From NCBI RefSeq assembly GCF_016433145.1, contig NC_058134.1:197495804-197559803 (forward strand): 64,000 bases of DNA. The letters are read 5' to 3'. This document shows positions 1-17,305 of the stretch, in pieces (the stretch's first letter is position 1; each line of letters begins with the position of its first letter). Below the pieces are notes generated by a model. It worked only from the letters and a program-made list of their open reading frames with translations. It was not told where the DNA came from and ran no database searches. This DNA comes from Gracilinanus agilis. Lineage: Eukaryota. Both the position numbers and the translations under genes were made by a program.

Positions 1-350
1 CCCGAGTCCCTAGATCCCCGGTCCCGGGCCTGCTTCTACCCCTCCCCCGCCACCCCACCCCTGCTCCCCGCACACCCCACCCCCAGTCGCTGCCGCCGGC
101 GTCTCCTCCATTTGTTATTTTCTCCGATTAAGGTTCTCCCCTCTCCGGCCCCAGTCTCTTCACCCCCCCCCCCCGTGTCCCCTCCCCTCGCCCATTTCAG
201 GCACTGCCTGTCCGGAACCTTGGCCGGGGGTGGGTGGGAGACGGGATTGCGGGGAGAGAATAGGTGGTAGGGTCCCCGAGAACGCGGGGGTGGGGCAACA
301 CAGGATAGGGGGGAAATGGGAGAGATGAAAGTGAGAGCATGAAAATGTCG
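1..350 (+). promoter_or_regulatory. ATN1: GC/CpG-rich 5' region of ATN1 (promoter / non-coding exon 1 area)
   Basis: CpG-rich, C-rich start of the window, 4.3 kb upstream of ATN1 exon 2; exon 1 boundaries not resolved. Confidence 0.5.
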
Positions 351-3300
351 GGGCTACGGGAAAGGTGGGAGAGTCTGGGGGAGGAGACGAGGTCCAGAAG
401 GGGGGTGGGGTGCAAGGGAGAACAGGAATATGAGGGAGAACGGAGGAAAGATGGGAAAAAAGGGAGTGTGTAAGGGTGCAGGGTGAGGTAGAGGAGGTTG
501 GGGAGAAGGGAGTAATGGGGGTATATGGGGAGGTTCGCGCAGGAAGATCTGAGGACTCCCCAAAAGGGTTTTCGGGGCAGGTAGGTATAGGTGGCAAAGG
601 GGGAGGGGGTGTGGTAGGCGGGAAGATGAAGGTTAGGGGTAGAATAAGTAGAAGAGTTTGAAGTAGATAAAAGGTGGAGAAAACCAGAGTCTGGAAGAGG
701 GAAACCAGAGAAGGGCTCTCTGGGAGGTCAGGTGTTTTTTTTGGGGGGGGAGGGGCACGAGCGTGGCTTTAATGCTCAGACTTCCCTTCTTCTGTTCCCT
801 TATTATCCTATTCCAAGCACATCTACTCCTAAATAGAGGGGCCTCAGGGTGCGGGGCCAGGGTCTCCTCTTAACTGATCAGACCGAAGAAGGAAATGTTT
901 GGGGGGTGGAGAAAGGGAAGCAGGCCTCTGTGGGAGGACTCTCCAGCCCAGTGGGGTTGCTCTACCAGACCCGGGCTTCAGCTACCCCTTTTTTCTTTCC
1001 AGCCCCCAGTTCCAGTGCCATCTTGCACCCTCTAGACATGGCTACATCTTTTGGCTCCAAAGACCCTGAAGGGACTCATTCCTAAAAAGGCTTAAGGCCT
1101 CATAAACCTCTTTCCCTGGCTGGGCATAGTTGGGGTAGGCCCAGTGACTTCTTGTTATGGCAATTCTCGGAGTTTTGGCAGCTAGGCTCCTGGGGAACCC
1201 CTGGGGCCTGCTCCCAGTGGGCTCCTCTGCAGAGTTTCCATGGTGCTGGGGCTTTAGGCCCGACTTCTCACTTGGTCCAGGTTGGGGGGGGGTGTTTGTG
1301 GGAGTCTCCGTCTTTTTATCTTTTAAGGTCCTGTAACCCCACAGAGCCCTCCCACCTAGAGATAGGCCAGTTTTGTTCTAGCTGTTGGGGTGGGCCTCTC
1401 TGTCTTGGGGAAGGGCTCCATGAGGAAGCCTAATCCCTTTCTGGACCAGTTTTCTCCAGCCTTGCCCAGGATCCCTGCCTGAAGCAATGGGGCAGCATTT
1501 ACAGCCTTTCACCTGGAGCACAGTGGCTTGACAGCAGAAAGATTTTGCCAAACTCTCTTCTAGGACTTCAGGGACTTCCTCAACTGGTTCCACAATGCTC
1601 TCCCTCCATTTTTTCATATATTAACCCTCATATCTTCTCCCAAATCTCTCTCTCTTCCCAAGCCATCCCCACAATGATCTTCCCCCTCAGTAGTCCCTCT
1701 ACCTGCCATCTCTTTGATGGGACATACTGATGGCCCCACTTTTTCTGCCTTTGCCAGGTGAGAATATCCCTTGGGAGAGCAACAGGAAGTGAGCTGCTAG
1801 GGTTATTTGTAGGTTAGAAAGCCCTGTTGATGTTTGGTCTACACATACAGGTCACGTTGTCCTTGGAAAGCTGCTGTGAGGGTCAGTTTGTTGCTCTTGT
1901 ACAGCCTGGAAGAGTGGTGGATTTAGGCCAGGGGTCCCTTAAGTCTTCCCACCAGGCTCTCCTAGGTTGGCACCCGGCCTGATTCTATATCCTTGATTCC
2001 CTTTCCACAGCAACTCCTCAGATTTTGCTGTTCCTCTTTCAAAGTTTCTTTGCCTCTGCTTATTTCTCTGTGTTGGTCCATCTCTGGTATTCTTCCTTTG
2101 CTCTCTGAATGTTCTTCCTCCATCTCTGCCCAGCTGATTAACTACTAGATGAGAGGTGGCTCCACTATTTGGTGCTTTATAAAAGGGGACTTATATGTAT
2201 TGCATGCCCCCTACCACCTATCACTGAACCAAATATCCTTTTGAGTACCCCAATCAGGCAGCAGTGTTTCTCTTTAGTGATTTATTTTCCTCTTCAAGGC
2301 TGCCCTTGATGTTTACCCACTTTAACTTGAGTTTGTTTGTATAAACATGTCAGGGGATAAGGATACATACTGGTGCTACCTCTCCCTAATTTGGGGAATC
2401 AGGGAATAAGAGATTCTGATAGTAGTAGGTCATAAACAAAAAATACCCACAGAGATGAGACCATCTAGATAGTAGAGCTGACATTTGGCAAAGACAAAAT
2501 GGACACATTCATCGCTGTGGTGTTTTTGGTTTGAAATTTCCCAACCCCACTATGTTATATCTGATTTATATTCCCAAGGTGATATGTGGTATTTAAAAAA
2601 TCAAATTAAGCAACATGCAAACATTAGTTGGCAGGGTGCAGGTGAGGAAGGCATAATCTAGTGGCCAAAGCCCCAGATGATGTTGTTTTGTGACCTTGGG
2701 CAAGTCATGCATCTTTTCTAGGTCTCTTTTCCCCTCTGTAAAATGAGATGAATCATCTCCACTCTTTCCTGTCTTAGGGATATAGTAAAACTGAATGAAA
2801 GCACATTTATTAAGTTCTCTGTGTCCTTTGGGCTAAGATGTTATGGGAGTTTAATGATATTGTAAACATTGCCACAAAGCCTTGGCTGGGTAACTTCTTT
2901 GCCCACCTTGATGAGGGCCAGTAACCTAAGGGAAAGGAAAAGAGCTAATTTCACTAGATTCAGGAAGACTTTCCTCCCATTGCCTTTAGGCAGTGGGCCT
3001 GAAGGTCAATAGCATTCACTGGGCATTTATTCTAAAATCCTGTACTTTGAATGATAGCAAGATAAACATTTATATCCTACCTTAAGATTTCAAAGCACAT
3101 TCTTCATAAGCCTTTAAGATAGATGGTGCAAGTATGATGACGCCCATTTTACAGATGAAGGAAATGAGGCTAGAAGAAATTAAGTCCTCATGGTCACATA
3201 GCTCAAGTAAGAGATGGTTCTAGGAAAGAAGGTATGAACCGTCTAATGGGGGAGATAGGCAGCACACATTTAGGGGAGGAAATACAACTAAAAAACAGTG

Positions 3301-4354
3301 GCAAGTGAAAAAATAAATTTTGTGGAACCACATATATTTGAGTACTGGAAAGCTTTGGTCCTTGTTATGAGGCTTAGAGCTGAGATTATAGAGGCCATTG
3401 AGACCAACTTCCTCTTTTTACAGGTAAGGAAACTGAGGCAGGCAGAAGTTAAGTGATTTACTAGTCATATATCTAGTATCTGAAGCAGGTTGAAAGGTAT
3501 GATCTACAATTTTTATGGGTGTTTAGACTTATTTGGACCTCTCAGTTGCTCAATTTAAAAACATGGACTACTGGTCTATGCCATGGTGGGAATTCAGGAG
3601 TGGAAAATACATTCATTTCAGCTCAAATATGGACTAAGCAGGCTAATAAAATGGCAATATGATAAGGATCTGAGGCCTAGGATCTGGCTTGGGTCTATGA
3701 ATCCTTAGCAAGGGCATTCACTGAAGATCTATGCCTGCTTCTCCCAGTATAAAGCAGCTCATTCTGTTTCTTCCTCTCTGGCTTTGGAAATAATAGACTA
3801 GAATTGAAGGAGAGATTGAAATGTTTATTCTCTTCAGAATCCCACCAGGCTCCACTTTCCCTCCAGCCAGATCATCCCTTCATATCCCTACTTACTGTAG
3901 GATCCAAAGTTTGAAGGGTGCACCAGGGCAGTTTTAGGTTTCCTCCCTCAAAGAAATTTTCTTGGGGATGGGCTGGCTGATCCTTCCCTCACTTGGAGGC
4001 ATGAGGTGATTGGTGTCCCAGGGCAGATCAGGGTAGTTTTATCAGGTCCATCCATCTACGGCATAGGGTTCTGGGCATCTTGTAAATCCCGACCATTTTG
4101 GTGCTAGCACCTCGGCAGAAGGCAATTCCATGAGGTTGCCACTAATCTTGTTTATGAAGTGCAAGGATGCTCAAAGCACTGGGCATACTTGTTCCAATTC
4201 CTCTTCCACCCTAAGATTATTCCCATTGGTACGAAGTCCACATAATCCTTTTTCAGACAGATAAGATTTTTATCACAGACCAATTGGGTTCTCCTTCAGG
4301 ATTCAGGTCTTGTTTTTGTGGTTTTGATGGCTTCTTTTTTTTTTTGTCTGGCAG

Positions 4355-4537
4355 GCTCCACTGGAGAGATTCTAGAACATTCTCACTCTGAGGCTTCAGC
4401 CTTAGGTGCCTCCACTTGAACCCGGAGAAGGCCTGCTTCCTGCTCAGGCCTAAACTGTGGGGAAGTTGGGGGTAAAACAGCCATTTATGTATTCAGCCTA
4501 CCAGGCAGAGGAGAATGGGGCCTCCACAGCCTGAAGA

Positions 4538-4564
<27 letters not shown>
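4355..4564 (+). CDS. ATN1: ATN1 exon 2 (5'UTR 4355-4537; CDS 4538-4564 MKTRQNKDS)
   Basis: Poly-T tract then CAG acceptor at 4352-4354; ATG 4538; donor GTGAGT 4565. Confidence 0.88.
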
Positions 4565-11992
<7,428 letters not shown>

Positions 11993-13253
11993 AGCACCGG
12001 CACTGGGACCATCGAGGGGAGGCGGCAGAGCCCCTCGGAAGAAAGTGACCAAGCCTGCCGGAGGAGAGGGAGCAGGAGGGAGGGTGCTGGATGAGGCGGG
12101 GGTAGCTTGGGGAGATTGAGAGGCAGAAGCGCCCAGCGGCACAGCCGGGATTCCCTTCCCTTGTTTCTCCTGCCCCTCCCAGCTTGGGGGTGGGGGGTGC
12201 AGCCACCCCCTCCTCTCCTCTTCCTCGGTGTGATTACTTCATCTGTTAGATGTGGCTGTTTTGTAGCATCGTGTGCTGCCCCCGCCCCCCCCAACCTGTG
12301 TGCGGCGCGCCTCCCTTATTGTATACCCCGACAATTCCTCCCCCACATTAATAATTTATATATATATAAATATCTATATGCCACTCTTTAAAAAAAGCCC
12401 CCAACCAAAACCAAACAACAACAAAAAGATCCTCACAACCCCCCAGGATGACTAAGACTGGTTATTTGAGGGTGTGGGGGTGGGGTGACAGACTGTCACG
12501 TGGGAGGCGACTGGTAACCTACTGAAGGTGCCAAAGCGGGGGACCTGTGGGTGGGTAAGGGGTAGCGCTGCCAGATTCTCCGTTCCCCCCTCCCCCAACA
12601 CAGCGCACGGAGAGCCCATTTAACCTGCCTAGGACAGAGCCCAAGGGACTGAGGGGATCATGAGGTCAGCCGAAGCCCAGAGCTGTTTGGAGGACTTCAG
12701 ATGGCCATCAGCGTTTCCTTCCTTTTGCTTTTCTCAAAAATGCACACAGTGAGTGTAAGGATCCTCCGTTTTCAGGGCAGGAAATGCCACCCGGGGTCAA
12801 TGAGTGCTCCGGGTTCCTGACCTTGGCAGTGCCTGTATTCCCACACTACTCCGGACCCTTGGGGGTGAGGGGTACAAGGCTTCCCCCCAGAAAAGCACCC
12901 AGACAGTTTTGTGGAATGGAGGTGGCCCTGGAGCCCCAAAGTGCGCGGCAAGGGATCCCCAGTAGTAAGAGGAGTTAAGACGTGGTTTCTAAAGCGCCCC
13001 CGGCAGAATGACGAAGCGAGAATTATCCGCTTTCCTGGAGCCGGAGGGGCTCCCGGGCCCAATGGAGGAAGGGGACACGTTTCCAAGATCAGGAAGATCA
13101 CGCAGCACCCCCAAGCTCAGGCTCAACAAGAAGTGAACCCAAGGCGAAAGTTTCCCGAGGACTCCAGCCTGCCCAGGGTTCCGCTCTCCTCGGAAGCTTT
13201 CCGTGACGCGCTTTCCCTCTTCTCACTCGAGGGGTTGTGCCTGGACTTTTTAT

Positions 13254-13279
13254 CCAATCAACACCGAGGGTATTTGCAT
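13254..13279 (+). promoter_or_regulatory. U7 distal sequence element (CCAAT + octamer)
   Basis: CCAAT 13254-13258 and ATTTGCAT 13272-13279, about 200 nt upstream of U7; same arrangement as the mouse U7 promoter as recalled. Confidence 0.85.
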
Positions 13280-13415
13280 AGACTCTTATCAAGACTTTAA
13301 CAACTTCGGAAGGGGAATGCAGGTATTTTACCTTAAAGGACAAGTCCTGGCTGTCAAATGTACTTTGTTTCCATGTAACTTAAGGAAGAGAGAGATTCGG
13401 CAAAGTTCCCTTTAC

Positions 13416-13436
13416 TCACCCTCACTGTAAGTGGAG
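13416..13436 (+). promoter_or_regulatory. U7 proximal sequence element (PSE)
   Basis: TCACCCTCACTGTAAGTGGAG at about -61 to -41. Confidence 0.88.
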
Positions 13437-13476
13437 TCACCGGATACCCTCAACTCACTCCCGAGCAGTTTCCGTT

Positions 13477-13536
13477 AGTGTTACAGCTCTTTTAGAATTT
13501 GTCTAGTAGGTTTTCCGGTATCTACCGGGAAGCCCT
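13477..13536 (+). ncRNA. RNU7-1: U7 snRNA (functional locus)
   Basis: AGTGTTACAGCTCTTTTAG (pairs with the histone HDE); U7 Sm site AATTTGTCTAG 13496-13506; 3' hairpin 13509-13534; intact PSE, DSE and 3' box; syntenic position upstream of C12orf57. Confidence 0.97.
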
Positions 13537-13544
13537 CGTTTTCT

Positions 13545-13558
13545 GTTTGTGAAAGAAG
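13545..13558 (+). terminator. snRNA 3' box
   Basis: GTTTGTGAAAGAAG matches GTTT-N0-3-AAAR, about 9 nt after the U7 3' end. Confidence 0.75.
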
Positions 13559-13825
13559 TGACGTTTTCTTTAAACAAATTAACGCGTGTTTGTTCGTAGC
13601 TCGCCGGGCTCGTGGGTAGAAGCTTGATTTGGTTTTGCTTCCGCCCTGCAAGCCCGGTAGCTGGGAATAAATTTCGCTTAGCTCCCACTGTGGATGCTGA
13701 CGCGCTGCACCCGGTTGCTGGGAGCTAACGCGTGGCTTCCGGGGCCGGCTAGCTGCTTCCTCTCCCAAGTGTTGCGGGAGCGGTAGCTTTCCGAAGCTGC
13801 GACTAGCAGCCCTGCAGGGCGCCCC

Positions 13826-13877
13826 ATGGCGTCCGGCCCCGCGCAACCTGCGGCTTTGAGCGCCGAGCAAGCTAAGG
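13826..13877 (+). CDS. C12orf57: C12orf57 exon 1 coding part
   Basis: 52 nt; donor GTGAGC. Confidence 0.94.
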
Positions 13878-15754
13878 GTGAGCGGTGCTCTCTGCTATGT
13901 GGATGGTAGTTTAGGAGTAGGAAAGGAAGGGAAACGTGGAGGGAAACAAATCAAACAAAGAAAGGCAATGCCAGCACGGGGAAGGAAGGCCCGGGAGGGT
14001 GCGGATGAGGATTCTTTGGCTTTGTCCCTCGCCCATGGAGGGTGGTGGTGAGGAAGACTCCGGCCGGGAGGGTTAGCCGGGTTTGCCACCTACCTCCTCA
14101 CAGCCCTTGCCGCTCCTTGCCCCTCTCTCCCCCTCTCTCTGCGGCACCTCCTCCCCCCTTCGGCGCCTGCACCCTGCACCCCTATGCCCCGGGCATCGGC
14201 ATCGCCAGTGGTCCTGGCTGAAGTCATCCAGGCATTCGCGGCCCCGGAGAACGCGGTGCGCATGGAGGAGGCTCGGGACAATGCTTGCAACGACATGGGC
14301 AAAATGCTGCAGTTCGTGCTGCCGGTGGCCACGCAGATCCAGCAGGAGGTCCTCAAAGCCTACGGCTTCAGCTGCGACGGGGAAGGTGGGGTTGCTTAGG
14401 TCTGGCGGGGGGAGGCGGCGCGGGAGGGCCTAGGCCGAATCTTCGTCCCTGGGGAAATCGAATTAATTTTATTAGACGGACGATTTCGTCAGTGTGGAGC
14501 AGAGTCGTCCCTCCCCAGCAACTCAGTCCTCGCTGCCTGGGGAGCAGTGAGTCCGGTGAAATGACCCGGGCTACGGGGTGAGGATGGGGACGAGAGGGAG
14601 GGGAGGGTGTCACCCGATACGCCCAGGTTGTTTCTGAAGCAAGACACGAAACCCTGGGCTTTCTACCGTCGAGGCCTATCCCTATCTACTCTTGCCTCAA
14701 ATTGATTGATTTGTTGAAAATTAAATCATAAAAGGGCATTATTTTTATTCATCAGACTCTTAAACGAAAACCATTTTTTTTTAAAGCACGGCTTCTAAAA
14801 AGGAACCGCAAAATACGATTTGGAGCTATTATTGCACTCACCCTGCAATAATATTTATTATTGTGGCGCACCCTGCAACAGGCAAATTAACGAGGGGAGG
14901 GGGGGAGGGGGGAGGCCGCGCTGGGCGCTGAGAGCCTTTTTGAAGCTGTTGTCCCCTCTTCGGACACGTGGTGGCAGCCGGGATTTGGGCATACATTTCC
15001 CCTTCCCCTCCGTCCTTCCCCCGGGGTTTGGCTTCTGGATTCCTATTTGGGTGTAGTCTACCGGCCAAGGGTATCATCGTTCAGGCGGATGGGGTCAGTT
15101 CCTGTAGATTTGGGCCCCGAAATGTGCCGTGAGAGGGAAAGCACCGTTCGAGTCCGAGTATCGTGGCAGATCGGTATACAGGTGGGATTGTGTTTCGTGT
15201 GTATTCCCGTATAAAACACTCCGCCCTATTTGTCTCTGCCCCCTCCCCAGCTCGACACAGCATCCAGTTGGGTTTTTTTCCTCAGAAGGGAAAATTCGTC
15301 ACCTCGGCTTTTCCCACAAGCCTGTAAGCACCCCTTCGCTTCTGCGTGGTGCCTGCGGTGGAACAGGAAGTGATTCGGTCTAATTTCCCTCCATCCCATT
15401 GGAGGTGGAGAAGAGAGCTGAAAGCTCCCGATGCATTGTGGGTTGTGACAGCGGCCGCTTCCGCCCCTGGCTGTCAGTTTCTACTTGCTCCGGACTTTTA
15501 GCCGGCCGGGGGAGAGCGAGAGGGCTAGGCCGGCTCTTCTTATCTGAGGGCAGTGTGGCCACGCCAGGGGTGGGGGCTGACTTCTCTTCCGTAATCTCTT
15601 AGGGGTCCTGAAGTTTGCCCGCCTGGTGAAGTCCTACGAGGCCCAGGATCCTGAGATTGCCAGCTTGTCCGGAAAGCTGAAGGCCCTGTTTCTGCCGCCC
15701 ATGACGCTGCCCCCGCACGGGCCTGGATTAGGGGGCAGCGTGGCAGCCTCCTGA
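13826..15754 (+). CDS. C12orf57: Protein C10, join(13826-13877,14209-14385,15603-15754); 381 nt, 126 aa
   Basis: MASGPAQPAALSAEQAK/VVLAEVIQAF...YGFSCDGE/GVLKFARLVKSYEAQD...GSVAAS*; GT-AG introns. Confidence 0.96.
14209..14385 (+). CDS. C12orf57: C12orf57 exon 2
   Basis: 177 nt; within ORF 14184-14399. Confidence 0.95.
15603..15754 (+). CDS. C12orf57: C12orf57 exon 3 coding part
   Basis: 152 nt; TGA 15752-15754. Confidence 0.95.
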
Positions 15755-15824
15755 GGGGGGACCTGTGTTAGGGAGAAGTGCTGCTCATCCTGGAGCTCTT
15801 GTACCGCAGCTGTCCCCAGAGGAG

Positions 15825-15830
15825 AATAAA
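15825..15830 (+). terminator. C12orf57 polyA signal
   Basis: AATAAA 70 nt after the stop, followed by U/GU-rich sequence. Confidence 0.8.
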
Positions 15831-17214
15831 CATTGCTATTTCTTGGCCTCAGCGTGGCCTCCCCACTTGTTACTCTGGCTGTTTCTTGGGCTTGCCCACT
15901 TCAATGGTTTCTACATTTTACAAAAAAAAACCAAACTTTCCAAATGATCTGACTTTCCCCCCTATTCAATCCCCATTCCCCAGCACATATTAAATTCAAT
16001 TCAGTATTCAAATCTGACCCCAAATGTTTACCTATGACCCTAAGCAAGTCACTTTTGTCTAAAAAAAAAATCAATTTCAGTAAACAATCATTAAGCATCT
16101 TCTATGTGCCAGGCACCATGCTAAGGCCAGGGGATAGAAAAAGAGGGAAAAGACAATCCCTGCCCTCAAGGAACTCGCCATCTAATGGGGGTGGTGGTGG
16201 GGAAAGACAACATACAAACAAATATATATGAAGCAAGCTACAGAACAGGATAAATAGGAAATAATTAAAATGCCTACTTTGGAGCTGGTGTCTGTGAATC
16301 ATGGTGCCGAGAAAGCCCCAGAATTCCCCTGCAAAAATGAGACTTTATTCACATCCAATCAAGTCTTTATGACTCCCCTGGGCATGTAAGTACTGGGGGA
16401 ACGTGCTAGAGAACAGGCTGGAATCCCTGTGGGCATAAACGTCAGGCAGAGGTAAAATTACAGTTAGAGGAGGGTTTGGTTTATGGGTTCTTCAGACCTT
16501 GATTTGTTAGCAAATCCCATAGGAAGAAGAGATCTGGGGTCCGATGCTAAATGCTAATTCAACTTTCGGCAACCTTGGGCAACTCTGTGTTTTCATCTGT
16601 ACAATGAAGAAATTGAGTCAGAAGATTTCTAAAGTTCCTTCTAGCTTGAAATCCTAGGACCAAGGCCCAGAGATGGGAGGTCCTGGATCCAAATCTGATC
16701 TCAGATTTGTGTGACCCTGGGCAAGTCACTTAACCCCCACTGCCTAGCCCTTGCGGGTTTTTCTGCCTTAGAACCTTGATTCTAAGAGAAGTGGGAAGGC
16801 TCTAAAATAAATAAATAAACAAATCCTATGACCATAAAATGGATCCTTGGTTTGATTTCCTAATACCGGCCTCCCTTTCCCCCCCACCCCCCAGCTGGGA
16901 ATGGATGTTTGAGGCGACTTTCCCCGTATTTCCAGATTCTGATCCCGGGCTGCTCTGCAGGGAAAGCAAAGGGGGAAGTAAAGAAAAAGGAGTCAGGCCA
17001 GGATTTGTAGGTGATTCTGAGACAAGCTGCCCAGGTAGGGCGGTCTCTGTGCCAGGCCCGCCCCTACCCCCTGCGGGTCCCCTCTCTGTGGATCATTAAC
17101 TCAGTGGGTTGTCCTTGGGATGCCCCTGCCCCCACCTGCCATGGATAAGGAAATCTCTAGTTTTCCGGAGTTTCTTCCCTTACCTGGACGGGCCAGCCCG
17201 TGGGGGCTGTGCTA

Positions 17215-17224
17215 GGAAATCCCC
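17215..17224 (-). promoter_or_regulatory. NF-kB site in the PTPN6 P1 (epithelial) promoter
   Basis: GGAAATCCCC (GGGGATTTCC on minus), about 70 nt upstream of the P1 ATG. Confidence 0.55.
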
Positions 17225-17291
17225 GAGCTCAGTGCCTTCACCTGGCCTGGCTGTGGCAACCGACCAGGCCCAACCATTGGGGGAGAGAGAG

Positions 17292-17305
17292 ATGCTGTCC
17301 TCGGG
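17292..17305 (+). CDS. PTPN6: PTPN6 alternative first coding exon (P1): MLSSG
   Basis: ATGCTGTCCTCGGG|GTAAGT; phase 2 matches exon 3; human equivalent MLSRG. Confidence 0.85.

Noticed and set aside
1741-1765. TTGCCAG|GTGAGA as an alternative ATN1 first-exon donor
   Set aside because: Plausible, but no exon start or promoter can be fixed from sequence alone
12600-12625. RE1/NRSE-like CAGCGCACGGAGAGCCC
   Set aside because: Spacer one base short and several mismatches to the REST consensus
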